34,688 nucleotides of DNA from a virus (Duplodnaviria; Caudoviricetes): the IMG/VR virus record IMGVR_UViG_3300033485_000052, positions 1 through 34,688 of that record; one strand, 5' to 3'. The position numbers were made by a program, and so were the translations under genes. Shown here piece after piece: positions 6,408-15,426 of the stretch. The stretch's first letter is position 1; the number at the start of each line of letters is the position of its first letter. A model generated the notes under the pieces. The model was not told the origin of the DNA. It did not search any database and saw only the letters and a list, made by a program, of their open reading frames with translations.

Positions 6408-7025
6408 ATGAAATTTATAAAAGACTTAGGGATGATGTTCCCAACTGAAAAAAGCAAGAGAAAACATAGATATTCATTATATCAATGTCATTGTGGCAAA
6501 GAGTTCAAAGTCCTTGAAAATGCCGTTAAAACAGGAACAACAAAATCATGTGGGTGTTCTCCATATGCTCCACTTGGAGGTTTTAGTAAACATAGGCTTT
6601 ATGGCACATGGAGGCAAATAATACAAAGATGTGAAAATAAAAATCATGATAGATATTCATCATATGGTGGACGTGGTATCAAGGTTTGCGATAGATGGAA
6701 AGATATTAAAAACTTCATTAAAGATATGTATCCAACTTTTAAAGAAGGATTAACAATTGACCGAAAAGATAACGACGGTAACTATGAGCCTTTAAATTGT
6801 CGATGGGCTGATGATAGTATTCAAACACAGAATATCAAAGTTATAAAATCAAATAATACAAGTGGCTATAAAGGTGTTCATTATTGTCATAGAACTGGTA
6901 AGTGGATAGCTAGAATTACAAATTATGGTAAAAGAACTTATATAGGTCTATACAATACTCCTGAGATTGCGTATAAAGCATACTGTAATTATATAGATAC
7001 TAATAATTTAGAGCATAGCCATTAG
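6408..7025 (+). CDS. HNH-AP2 homing-type endonuclease
   Basis: CHCG...KSCGC N-terminus; YGGRGIKVCDRW; LTIDRKDNDGNYEPLNCRWA HNH; NNTSGYKGV...KWIARI...YIGLY AP2 domain; SD AAGG. Confidence 0.9.
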   Translation: MKFIKDLGMMFPTEKSKRKHRYSLYQCHCGKEFKVLENAVKTGTTKSCGCSPYAPLGGFSKHRLYGTWRQIIQRCENKNHDRYSSYGGRGIKVCDRWKDIKNFIKDMYPTFKEGLTIDRKDNDGNYEPLNCRWADDSIQTQNIKVIKSNNTSGYKGVHYCHRTGKWIARITNYGKRTYIGLYNTPEIAYKAYCNYIDTNNLEHSH

Positions 7026-7480
7026 GCTATTCTTGTATAGCTAGACCCATCATCAGTTGTATAAAATTCCGTAGGCTCTGAAGCTATGTTTTTAGTCTGT
7101 ATATGAAACCAAAGTTTGCCTTTTACCCCTTCAAAGATTACTTTTCTTACACTTGGTAATTTACCATCTTTATATGCTTTTATCAGCACTTGCATAGCTA
7201 CTTTTAAATCCATACCTTTTGGCAGAAAATCACAACATAATCCATCTTTGTGCTTGCTAGTGGGAGAACCTTTTACCGCAGTATTTAGGGTAGTATTACG
7301 ATAACCGCTAGAAATAATAAGTGGTGTCCCAAGCACTGCTCTAATTTCTTCAAGACTCTCCGCAGTATGTTTTAATTGTTTGATAACATTTTGAGCATCT
7401 ATCATGTTTTGTGGCACTAAATTAGGATGATTGCTTGAATTTGTAAGTTCTTCAAGTGTAAAATGCTCACTTAATTTCAT
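7022..7480 (-). CDS. Endolysin, peptidase M15 (Peptidase_M15_3-like)
   Basis: LSEHFTLEEL N-terminus, ISSGYR...LN..VKG...SKHKDGLCCD, WFHI. Confidence 0.85.
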   Translation of the reverse strand: MKLSEHFTLEELTNSSNHPNLVPQNMIDAQNVIKQLKHTAESLEEIRAVLGTPLIISSGYRNTTLNTAVKGSPTSKHKDGLCCDFLPKGMDLKVAMQVLIKAYKDGKLPSVRKVIFEGVKGKLWFHIQTKNIASEPTEFYTTDDGSSYTRIA

Positions 7481-7539
7481 TACATACGCCCCTCGGTAAA
7501 CTTACTATTGCCAGATTTTCTTACGATTTTAATGTGCAT
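7480..7539 (-). pseudogene. 19-aa remnant resembling the N-terminus of a DUF5675-type endolysin
   Basis: MHIKIVRKSGNSKFTEGRM with SD AAGGA; stops at the M15 start (TAATG). The family resemblance is from recalled pattern only. Confidence 0.35.
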
Positions 7540-7595
7540 TATTTTTCCTTCATATTAATTTAACAAGCCCCTCCAAAGAGAAGCCTATAACTTAA

Positions 7596-7643
7596 TTACT
7601 TTTTAGGGCGTACACCGCCGCCGTTAGTTCGTCCTTTCGCCAT
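7596..7643 (-). CDS. 15-aa basic micro-ORF MAKGRTNGGGVRPKK
   Basis: Strong SD GGAGGT; overlaps the 3' end of 7624-7899. Confidence 0.35.
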   Translation of the reverse strand: MAKGRTNGGGVRPKK

Positions 7644-7899
7644 TGTCTACCTCCTTTGTAAGATAAAAAACTAAGCCGACCGTAAAAATACATTGGTCAA
7701 TAATTGCAAGAATCTCATAATAATACAAATCCATATCTAAAAAGAACTTATGCAAAAACCATGTTTCAATGATTAGATATATCATTGACCATAAAAACAT
7801 ATACTTGTATTTTTTAATATGCTCTGAAAATATAATTACCGCCCATAGCTTTATGCCAAATAGCACAATATGGAAAGTTAATAATAATGATTCTATCAT
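7624..7899 (-). CDS. Three-TM membrane protein, candidate holin
   Basis: Three hydrophobic segments and a charged C-tail, upstream of the endolysin. Confidence 0.5.
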   Translation of the reverse strand: MIESLLLTFHIVLFGIKLWAVIIFSEHIKKYKYMFLWSMIYLIIETWFLHKFFLDMDLYYYEILAIIDQCIFTVGLVFYLTKEVDNGERTN

Positions 7900-8285
7900 T
7901 TTTCGTTAATCTCCCTGCTTTGAAGTACGGCCACTTGCATTTTTAAATCAACGATAGTAGATGATAGCCAAAGTATTGAAGCGATAATTACAATTCCTGA
8001 TATAGCCCAAAATGCTTTTACCATCATGCTTACCCCTTGGGCTTTACCGTTTATCGTTGCAAATGTTTCATTTAGTGAATTTATGGCAGTAGTAAGCTTC
8101 TCGATTTGTTCATCCGTTCTATTTGCGGCTTCTTTCTCGTGAATGCGATGTGTTTCTATTGTAGCCATGTTTTCACTCAACTTCTGTACTTTATCGGATA
8201 ACCCTCCAATTAGACCTCTTGTCGCCGCTATGCTTTGATTAACAAGGGCTTCTAGTCTTTTTATTTCCGATAAAGTATCACTCAT
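7896..8285 (-). CDS. Coiled-coil protein with C-terminal TM (holin/XhlA-like lysis protein)
   Basis: Long coiled coil followed by FWAISGIVIIASILWL; promoter-like TGTATAAT at 8312-8319. Confidence 0.55.
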   Translation of the reverse strand: MSDTLSEIKRLEALVNQSIAATRGLIGGLSDKVQKLSENMATIETHRIHEKEAANRTDEQIEKLTTAINSLNETFATINGKAQGVSMMVKAFWAISGIVIIASILWLSSTIVDLKMQVAVLQSREINEK

Positions 8286-8319
8286 TTTAACGCCTTACTT
8301 TTTGATTTTATATTATACA

Positions 8320-8409
8320 TTAATCCGTACTGAATGCAATGAACATCCAAAACACCATGGCAAACATTCCTACCGTTTTAATTAGGCTAATGGTGCTTGG
8401 GTCGATCAT
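8320..8409 (-). CDS. 29-aa single-TM micro-protein MIDPSTISLIKTVGMFAMVFWMFIAFSTD
   Basis: ATGA overlap with the DUF1353 stop; fills the gap exactly. Confidence 0.45.
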   Translation of the reverse strand: MIDPSTISLIKTVGMFAMVFWMFIAFSTD

Positions 8410-8810
8410 GTCGGCTCAATCATAACGAGGTCACGATAGCCCGAAACATCAAGGCGTTCACGGTATGCAGTTTCACCACCAGCACGTACAGCGTAATACA
8501 TAGCCCTAGCTTTCATCTTAGGCACGTCACAACTCAATAACGCCTCGTAGAATATATAATCACACATTCGTCTATCGAAGAGCTGTGTGCGATATAAAGC
8601 GTCATGGATGAACCCAGCCATTGTATCTTCATCTCCAAATGGTGCCCCAACAATTGACCATAGTGCTTCGGGCTTAGATAGCCCATCACATACAAAGCCT
8701 TTAAAAAGTGTGATTGTATATTTAGAATTCTGATACACCAATGGGGCAATGAGTTTGTATTTTTGTTTACCTACAAGCTCAACCCGTAATGGTGTAAGGA
8801 ATTTTGGCAT
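8406..8810 (-). CDS. DUF1353 family protein
   Basis: GFVCDGLSKP...AGFIHDALY...CDYIFYEAL...MYYAVRAGG motif set. Confidence 0.85.
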   Translation of the reverse strand: MPKFLTPLRVELVGKQKYKLIAPLVYQNSKYTITLFKGFVCDGLSKPEALWSIVGAPFGDEDTMAGFIHDALYRTQLFDRRMCDYIFYEALLSCDVPKMKARAMYYAVRAGGETAYRERLDVSGYRDLVMIEPT

Positions 8811-9193
8811 TAGAATAGCACTCCGTCTAATACCGCTTGGAATTCTGCATCCGTCGGAATAGTTGTTGCCGTAGATTGATAATCACGTACAGCTTTCCAT
8901 ACTTTGTCGGCATAATCAATAAACTGATTAGCAATAGCATTATGGTTAGATGATAGATTGATAGCGTATTTTGTGAAAGCGTCAATGTCTTTAAATGCTA
9001 ATCCATTGGCGACGTTATACGCTTGTACTTTGCCCTCGATATATTGTGTGGTTACGTCTGTAAAGTGTTGTATTGTTTGAGCCATAATTCTAGGAGTTTC
9101 CCACGCTGTAATCTCGGACGCAGTAGCTCTACGGTCGCCTACTTCCATATCACCGACATATAAATTCACCCCATCATTAGTAAAGTATTCCAT
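8810..9193 (-). CDS. Tail-fibre assembly/chaperone-like protein
   Basis: Directly follows the tail fibre; has an A..F..YADKVW...IPT..EF pattern. Confidence 0.55.
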   Translation of the reverse strand: MEYFTNDGVNLYVGDMEVGDRRATASEITAWETPRIMAQTIQHFTDVTTQYIEGKVQAYNVANGLAFKDIDAFTKYAINLSSNHNAIANQFIDYADKVWKAVRDYQSTATTIPTDAEFQAVLDGVLF

Positions 9194-10458
9194 TAATAAC
9201 TCCTTTTGCAGGTAATAAATTGCTTCCAGTTTGCCGCTACAAGGTTGGCAATATTACCAGTTGTGGCATGAGTGGCTTGTATGCCTGTGGATGTTGAGCC
9301 TGTAATTGTTTTGGCTACTTTATTTCCGCTTGACCAAATAAACTGCCCCGGGGAATTGGCGGCACTTGATAGCGACCAACCAAAAACTATATCACCTATT
9401 GAGTAGCCAAATTCAGCAGTAGTATTAACAAAAAATGCTTCCGCTTTATATTGTGAAGAGCCAATGTTATGGTTGAAGCTTGTAATAGTTGAGGGGGCTG
9501 GTATTGCGGTATCAGCACTTCTATATAGACCATTGAGGGCATAGTTTACAACGCTTGTCACTGCCGAACCACTTGTAACGGCTTCACCGATGAATGTCAT
9601 GTACACTTGTGGGGCTGTCGTTCCATTCCCTAGGTATGCTTTCATTTCTCCGATGTTAAAGGTGAATTGACCGTTTGTAACTGCTGGAGTGCCTCCGAAT
9701 TGATAAATAGGAGCAAGAGTTGTTGAGCCTTTAGTTCCTGCGCTATTTACATAAACATAATTAGTTGAACTTGCCGCTACCAATAGTGTGGTATCCGCTG
9801 AAATTGTTACGAGTTTATCATTGCTTACTGCGCCACCAGCACAATGAATTACTATTGGTGTGGTAGTTGCGGCGATTGGCAAATTCAAATCAACTGATGT
9901 GGTTAAAAAGTTTGGGAAACCGCTTGTATCTACTGAGCCTGATTGTACGGTTTGACGAACACCTGAAATAGATGCTCCAGCTATTGGAAAATATAAAGTG
10001 TCAAAGTATGTTTTTAACGTAGCTTTTACATTAATCCAAGAAAGCTTTTTAAGAACATTAGATGCCGCGCTATCAACAATACCAAATAGGTCTGCATCTA
10101 CTGGAGTAGTTTTAGCAGTAGCGGCATTAATATTATATGGAATTGCAGCAGCTACAAAGGCCGTAGTGGCTGCTTTTGTAGAGCTATCTCCATCTGTTGG
10201 GGTTGGCACTACTGGGCTAGAAGTAAATGTTTTAACATCTGCTATTGTTTCAGCCCCCGACTTATGGACTACATCGTTAGCAACCCATTCTTGCCAATAT
10301 ACAGTTCCTCCTAGAATAGGAGTCTGCCCAGTATTTGCAATTAAACAAGCGTATGTTCCGCCTAAATATGTTACGGTATCATTAGTCTTGTAAGCAGTGG
10401 CGATATCCCATACCCCTTTATTTACAAAACCGACACGACCTAGATTTAATGTTGGCAT
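9193..10458 (-). CDS. Tail fibre / receptor-binding protein
   Basis: N-terminal LNLGRV docking motif; CBM5/12-like WDIATAYKTNDTVTYLGGTYAC; fibre repeat KTFTSSPVVPTP...ATTAFV; Thr/Gly/Ser-rich beta C-terminus. Confidence 0.8.
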   Translation of the reverse strand: MPTLNLGRVGFVNKGVWDIATAYKTNDTVTYLGGTYACLIANTGQTPILGGTVYWQEWVANDVVHKSGAETIADVKTFTSSPVVPTPTDGDSSTKAATTAFVAAAIPYNINAATAKTTPVDADLFGIVDSAASNVLKKLSWINVKATLKTYFDTLYFPIAGASISGVRQTVQSGSVDTSGFPNFLTTSVDLNLPIAATTTPIVIHCAGGAVSNDKLVTISADTTLLVAASSTNYVYVNSAGTKGSTTLAPIYQFGGTPAVTNGQFTFNIGEMKAYLGNGTTAPQVYMTFIGEAVTSGSAVTSVVNYALNGLYRSADTAIPAPSTITSFNHNIGSSQYKAEAFFVNTTAEFGYSIGDIVFGWSLSSAANSPGQFIWSSGNKVAKTITGSTSTGIQATHATTGNIANLVAANWKQFITCKRSY

Positions 10459-10467
10459 TATTACCCC

Positions 10468-11067
10468 TTAATATGTAATTATAAATTCACCATCTACGAG
10501 AGATGGAAGTGATGTTGCGCCACTAGTATATGATACTATTAGATCACCATCTGACAAAGAAAAATTAGCCCAGTCCATATTTGCATAAGCAGCAGATATT
10601 AAAGAAGAGCTAAGGGCAGACGAGGCAGAAGCAGCAGCATTTGTTTCCGAAGTGGAGGCATTACTTGCAGCATTAACGGAAGTTATAGCAGAAGCAGCAG
10701 CATTTGCAGCGTCAATAGCAACTTGTTGAGATACTGGCCCTACTGTAACATCATCTAAAACATAATCAGATGAAAGCCTAGAATAAATTAATACCCCATT
10801 CTTATCTTTTACAGTAATAGAGTATGCCCCACTTGCAAAGTCTGTATAGATACGAGAAGGAGAGCCATTACGTATAGGGTATCCAGATGATGTACGTATA
10901 GGCTGCAATGCTGGTTGGGTTAGGGCATTATCCCAATATACAGTTCTTGGATTCGTTTCTGGGTTAAGATTATTTGCCCCTATATATACCTTACCGTCCT
11001 CAAGAGGAAGGCCATCAGCCCCATAGAATGATAATATAGGCTGACTGATAGTTTGATACCCTGCCAT
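10468..11067 (-). CDS. Tail adaptor with a P22 tailspike-like head-binding domain
   Basis: FYGADGLPLEDGKVYIG...NP...QPIRTSSGYP...YSITVKDKNG; Ala/Ser linker; short C-terminal DGDLIVSY/DGEFIITY repeat; no catalytic domain. Confidence 0.75.
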   Translation of the reverse strand: MAGYQTISQPILSFYGADGLPLEDGKVYIGANNLNPETNPRTVYWDNALTQPALQPIRTSSGYPIRNGSPSRIYTDFASGAYSITVKDKNGVLIYSRLSSDYVLDDVTVGPVSQQVAIDAANAAASAITSVNAASNASTSETNAAASASSALSSSLISAAYANMDWANFSLSDGDLIVSYTSGATSLPSLVDGEFIITY

Positions 11068-12959
11068 TATTTAGCCTCCTTCTTAGTTTCTAGTTTTCCA
11101 AGAGCTTTAGCAACTCTTGCTTTTATTGTTTTATCTTTGATATTATTTAGTAATAGTCTTAGACTACTCATAATAGGAGCAGGTACTCCAATAGTTCCAG
11201 ATACTGCCATATCCATAGCCGCTAATATTGTTGCTGCTGTGTTGCTATAATTCACCGAGTTAGGTGGTGAAGTAAAGGCATCCTTCGCAACATCATTAAT
11301 AACTCTCATTTGGTCAGCACCTTTTTGACCTAATACTAAATCAAGCTTTTTGTTTTTATCAAGAGTTTTAATCACTCTGTCTAATTGCGCTGGAGATATT
11401 ATAGCATTTCCAGCCTCGTCCCTTGATATGCCTTTAGTGGCTTCTTCTTTGATGTATCGAACAGTAGCACCTTTTAATTCGTTCCATGCTTGTATACCAT
11501 CTCCACCGCCTTTTTGTAGTAAATCTCTCAATCGTGTAGCATCTTCTAGCGAACTGTTAAGGATAGCTTTATTAAATACATTCTCTGCTGCTATTACTCT
11601 ATCGTCCGACCCTTTTTTAAGACCGATAATATTTTTAACTAAACTTGTATTTTGATAATCTTTAGCTAGTTGAGTACGTGCTTGTCTTGCTTTTTGATAT
11701 AAAGCTCCACCAATACCATCTGTCCCCTCATCAATAGCCCCCTTCATAATTGCCGATTGTCTTATATTGGTAGGCTCAAAGTTGGTAGCGTCATTTATTG
11801 ATCGTCTTAATATGCCCACTGTTTTCAGTGGCACTGGTTGCGCAATTAGATTTCCAGCTTCATCTTCTATCGCTGCACCTAACGATATGGCTTTTTGTTT
11901 AGCAGCTTTTAAAACATTTGCAACTTCTGCCTCTGGTGCTGACTCATTAAGATGTTTTATAAATGAGTCTAACGCAACTGGGGCTTCCATTTCCCCTGCT
12001 TTTTCTGCTTCTTTATAGAGTGCATTTACTTTATTTTTATCATTCTTAAACATCTTCTGAATAGTGCCGCTTACAATACTACCAGCATCTAAATGGCTTT
12101 GTGTTTCAGATCCAGTTGCTTCAAGGAATGAATCAAAGTTCTTAGAAGTAGCAGCACGTTGTTCTGCAAATCTTTCACGAAGCGGTGCGCCAAGTTCAGG
12201 CTGTTTTGCTGTTTCTCTCTCAAACTGTTGTTGTGCAAAATCTCGTGTCTTTTGCCCTTCTGTAAGATTAATAGGGGTAGGTAGTGATTCTGCCTTAGCT
12301 GCTCTTGTTTCTGCTAACAGCGATTGTTCCGGTGTCATTTTAGCTATTTGCTCAGGCGTAATCTTTGCCGTTACTTTTTTAACTAATGGAGTAACTGTTT
12401 TGGTTGCTTGTTCAATCATTGGTGCGACAACTTGCCCTGCTTTTTGTGCTATTGCTGGTACTGCTGTTTTTACAGCTTGTGAAGCTACTCCTAACTCTGC
12501 TGTCATTGGTGCGACTGCCGCTAAAGCTGATAAAGGTTCTGCTACCGCCTGGGTCATAGACATACCAGCTTCTGTACGCGGAGAATAGGTAAACTGCTGC
12601 GCCCCTTGTTGTGCTGATTGTGCAACTGCTTGTGCGGCTTGTTGTGTTCCAAAGTTGCCAGTTAGTATTTGGTCTGCTAATCCTCTTAGAGTTCCTACAA
12701 TATGACCTGCTGCCCCCCCAGTTGCCCCAGTTGCTAAAGCTAATCCAGTTTCACCTGCTCCTACTATTCTTTCTCCGATTGTTGGCTCTACTTTTTTAGG
12801 TAGTGTTTCGGCTACATGGCGTACGCCTTGCTCGTCTGGTATTATTTCTCCCCCAGCTCTAGCACGTTGTATAACTGCTGCAAGTTGTCTAGCAGCTTCC
12901 ATATCTCCTGCTTTATGGGCATTAAATAGTGCAGTTTCAAGCTGTTTTAGAGTTGCCAT
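11067..12959 (-). CDS. DNA ejection (internal virion) protein, P22 gp16-position
   Basis: 630 aa, Ala/Gln-rich and helical; third of three ejection genes. Confidence 0.7.
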   Translation of the reverse strand: MATLKQLETALFNAHKAGDMEAARQLAAVIQRARAGGEIIPDEQGVRHVAETLPKKVEPTIGERIVGAGETGLALATGATGGAAGHIVGTLRGLADQILTGNFGTQQAAQAVAQSAQQGAQQFTYSPRTEAGMSMTQAVAEPLSALAAVAPMTAELGVASQAVKTAVPAIAQKAGQVVAPMIEQATKTVTPLVKKVTAKITPEQIAKMTPEQSLLAETRAAKAESLPTPINLTEGQKTRDFAQQQFERETAKQPELGAPLRERFAEQRAATSKNFDSFLEATGSETQSHLDAGSIVSGTIQKMFKNDKNKVNALYKEAEKAGEMEAPVALDSFIKHLNESAPEAEVANVLKAAKQKAISLGAAIEDEAGNLIAQPVPLKTVGILRRSINDATNFEPTNIRQSAIMKGAIDEGTDGIGGALYQKARQARTQLAKDYQNTSLVKNIIGLKKGSDDRVIAAENVFNKAILNSSLEDATRLRDLLQKGGGDGIQAWNELKGATVRYIKEEATKGISRDEAGNAIISPAQLDRVIKTLDKNKKLDLVLGQKGADQMRVINDVAKDAFTSPPNSVNYSNTAATILAAMDMAVSGTIGVPAPIMSSLRLLLNNIKDKTIKARVAKALGKLETKKEAK

Positions 12960-12961
12960 TA

Positions 12962-14260
12962 TTAACCACCATACTTTTTAAGAAGTGCATTTATATTTTT
13001 TGGTGAAGTTGTAGCTTCTGGAGTATTTGGAACGGTGTCAGGAACTCCGTATTTAGCAGCAACGTTTTTTCGTGCTTTCATAATAAGACGTTGTGCTTCT
13101 CTAACATTCTTTAATAGACGTTCTGGTGATTGTCTAAGGCTTAAATTTTGTAGTGATGTAGAAAGTTTTAACCCCTCTGCATCTGATAAAGCACCAGTTC
13201 CTTTCATATTTGGAATTTGTGCCATAAATGCTTGAGAACCTAGAGTCGTTACTAATTCCTCAAAATCTGCTGTGTCTGAACTAAAGGTAGGCATTCTTGA
13301 AGATACTGGACCAGTCGCAGAACTAACAACTCCTTTTGGTGTTTTTAATATTCTATCAGCAGTATTTAAAAAATTATCCATAGACGATCTAGCAGTATCA
13401 ACCGTTGCTGTTCTCTCTCTTACAGTATCATCACGCTTTTGATACATTTCTTGTAGCTTTAATCCTAGCTCTTGCCGCTTAAGACTATTCCCTTCTCTAT
13501 TAGTAGCGGCATTCATAGCTGCAATTTTAGAGTTCATCTTATTTATTTCAATATCATTTTGTATTTTCTTAATATCCCAACCTTTCTTTTCTAACTCAAT
13601 CGCTGCATCTGATTCAGCAAAATTTGCTTTTACTGCTGCTGTTGCTGCATCTGAACCCGCTTTTTGTGTAGCAATTGCTTCTTGCGCTTGTTTCTCTGGG
13701 AATAGTGCCTGCTCTCTTCTTTCTTTTCCAGCTGTTCCGATAGCATCTTGATAGTCTTTAAACTCTTTTTGCCCCATCATATTAGAGAGCATAAACCCTG
13801 CGATACCAGTTGCAGTATTTGGGTCTTTTTCGATAGTTGTTTTAATCTGCTTAAGTTTAGAAGCGTCTTGTCCTGAGTTTTCAAGTGCTGCTATATTCTC
13901 GTCAATAATGCCATTTGCTATATCTGTTTTTCCGTTTAATAGAGCTGTATATACCTGCCCTGTTGTTTGCATCTCTGCTGCTTTTTTAGGAGCTTCTAGC
14001 ATATCAAAGCTTTGTTTAAATGCCTCTCTTTGTGTAGGGTACTTTGTAGATAACATAGCAAAAGATTGAGGGGTTGGATTGTCAAACGCTGATTTTAAAT
14101 CAGTAGCATATTGTTCTTTAGCTATTGCTGCTTGTTCTTCCGCTTGTCTTGATGATCTCATATTTCTAATAGCTTGGCTTGTTTGTAAAGCACTTAGAAT
14201 ATCATTTCCAAGATTCTGTTGAGGCATAGCCCCTAAATAGTTAATCGGTTCTAGTGGCAT
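12962..14260 (-). CDS. DNA ejection protein, P22 gp20-like
   Basis: PINY N-terminus; C-terminal AFMAQIPNMKGTGALSDAEG motif; synteny. Confidence 0.75.
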   Translation of the reverse strand: MPLEPINYLGAMPQQNLGNDILSALQTSQAIRNMRSSRQAEEQAAIAKEQYATDLKSAFDNPTPQSFAMLSTKYPTQREAFKQSFDMLEAPKKAAEMQTTGQVYTALLNGKTDIANGIIDENIAALENSGQDASKLKQIKTTIEKDPNTATGIAGFMLSNMMGQKEFKDYQDAIGTAGKERREQALFPEKQAQEAIATQKAGSDAATAAVKANFAESDAAIELEKKGWDIKKIQNDIEINKMNSKIAAMNAATNREGNSLKRQELGLKLQEMYQKRDDTVRERTATVDTARSSMDNFLNTADRILKTPKGVVSSATGPVSSRMPTFSSDTADFEELVTTLGSQAFMAQIPNMKGTGALSDAEGLKLSTSLQNLSLRQSPERLLKNVREAQRLIMKARKNVAAKYGVPDTVPNTPEATTSPKNINALLKKYGG

Positions 14261-14269
14261 AATTATCCT

Positions 14270-14893
14270 TTAAAAAAATGCTGATGCAATACCAGCGCCT
14301 TGCAATACATTCCCGAATGTTCTTTGGGCTGTACTTCCTTGTGCTAATTGACCACCTGCAATAGCCGCCCCTTGTTGCCCAAATAGGTTTCCGACATTGT
14401 TTGCCATTGATTGCCCTGCTGCCGCTTGGTTTCCTGCTGCCGCTTGACCCATTTGTGTTAATCCACCTAATCGTCCATATTGCTGATTGATTAGGTCAGA
14501 TAATATCTGTGGGCGATACTGCGCCAATGCTGATTGTACATTTCCGCCTCTTAGCCCACCAGTTGCAGAAGCGTTTTGGAGTAGTGCGTTTTCGCCTTGT
14601 CTAACCATTTCAAGATATTGTGGTGATTGCTCTAGCCCAGTAATCGCTTGTTGTTGCGCTCCTGCTCCACTTAGTCCTAATAAGGCTTGTTGCCCTGATA
14701 GTGCAGTAGTCCCAGCTCCAACATAAGGGGCCATTAGCTCTACAATCTTATCGAACTGTCTACGTTGTTCTTCAACCCCTTGCTGTGCTGCTGCTGCTTG
14801 TGTCTGCCCGGCTTCCGCTGCTGCTTCTCCAGCTTGTTTTGCCCCAGTAATACCGCCTATTGTATCACCAATAAAATCGCCAACTGCGCTCAT
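14270..14893 (-). CDS. DNA ejection protein, P22 gp7-like
   Basis: Gly/Ala/Gln-rich; LLQNASATGGLRGGNVQSAL motif. Confidence 0.8.
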   Translation of the reverse strand: MSAVGDFIGDTIGGITGAKQAGEAAAEAGQTQAAAAQQGVEEQRRQFDKIVELMAPYVGAGTTALSGQQALLGLSGAGAQQQAITGLEQSPQYLEMVRQGENALLQNASATGGLRGGNVQSALAQYRPQILSDLINQQYGRLGGLTQMGQAAAGNQAAAGQSMANNVGNLFGQQGAAIAGGQLAQGSTAQRTFGNVLQGAGIASAFF

Positions 14894-15354
14894 TTATATT
14901 CCTTCCATTGTAATTTTGTTATTCCGAAAATGTGCATATCTACTAAAATACCTTTTTTAATAATAGCATCTTTTTTAATTCCCTCTTTGACAAACCCTAT
15001 TTTTTGTAGATAGTTCATAGTAGAATGGAGATCTCCTTGAACTGGCGCAGTAATTCTAGTAATATCATTTTCTTCAAATACTTTATCAATTACCATTTTT
15101 CCAATATCATGCGAGTATGGAATAGATTTTTTAGTCAATAAAGAGTGCATTTCTATCTCATATTGGTTATATCTAATACAAAGGATAAGACCTAAGAAAA
15201 TATCTTTGTACCATGCTGATATATATTTGGCTAGTGGATGCTCTATTGGGGAAGGAGTGCATGAATCATAGCTAATACATGAGATAATATAATCATCTTC
15301 ATATATGCTATTAATCATTTCATCGGATACATTATCTAATAAATAAAGCTCCAT
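14890..15354 (-). CDS. GNAT-fold acetyltransferase-like protein (DUF2824-like)
   Basis: EMHSLL...RITAPV...NYLQKIGFVKEGIKKDA...DMHIFGIT; precedes the ejection genes. Confidence 0.75.
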   Translation of the reverse strand: MELYLLDNVSDEMINSIYEDDYIISCISYDSCTPSPIEHPLAKYISAWYKDIFLGLILCIRYNQYEIEMHSLLTKKSIPYSHDIGKMVIDKVFEENDITRITAPVQGDLHSTMNYLQKIGFVKEGIKKDAIIKKGILVDMHIFGITKLQWKEYK

Positions 15355-15419
15355 AGCGACTCCTTTTTATAGAGCCGCTGGATGCCCGATTATCTCAGCT
15401 TTTTGATTGCAATATTATA
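15355..15419 (-). promoter_or_regulatory. Promoter plus riboswitch-like 5' leader
   Basis: TATAAT at 15414-15419; GCUG/CAGC and GGGC/GCUC pseudoknot versus an AGCGGCUC/GAGUCGCU hairpin covering the SD. Confidence 0.55.
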
Positions 15420-15426
15420 GCGTATA

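Noticed and set aside
9193-10458. Diversity-generating retroelement or invertible tail-fibre cassette
   Set aside because: No reverse transcriptase or invertase gene, and I saw no second copy of the fibre 3' end.
15355-15400. TPP or preQ1-I riboswitch (contains GCUGAGA, CCAGCG and CUCUAUAAAAA)
   Set aside because: The short words match, but the TPP multi-helix architecture and the preQ1-I P1/loop consensus are absent.
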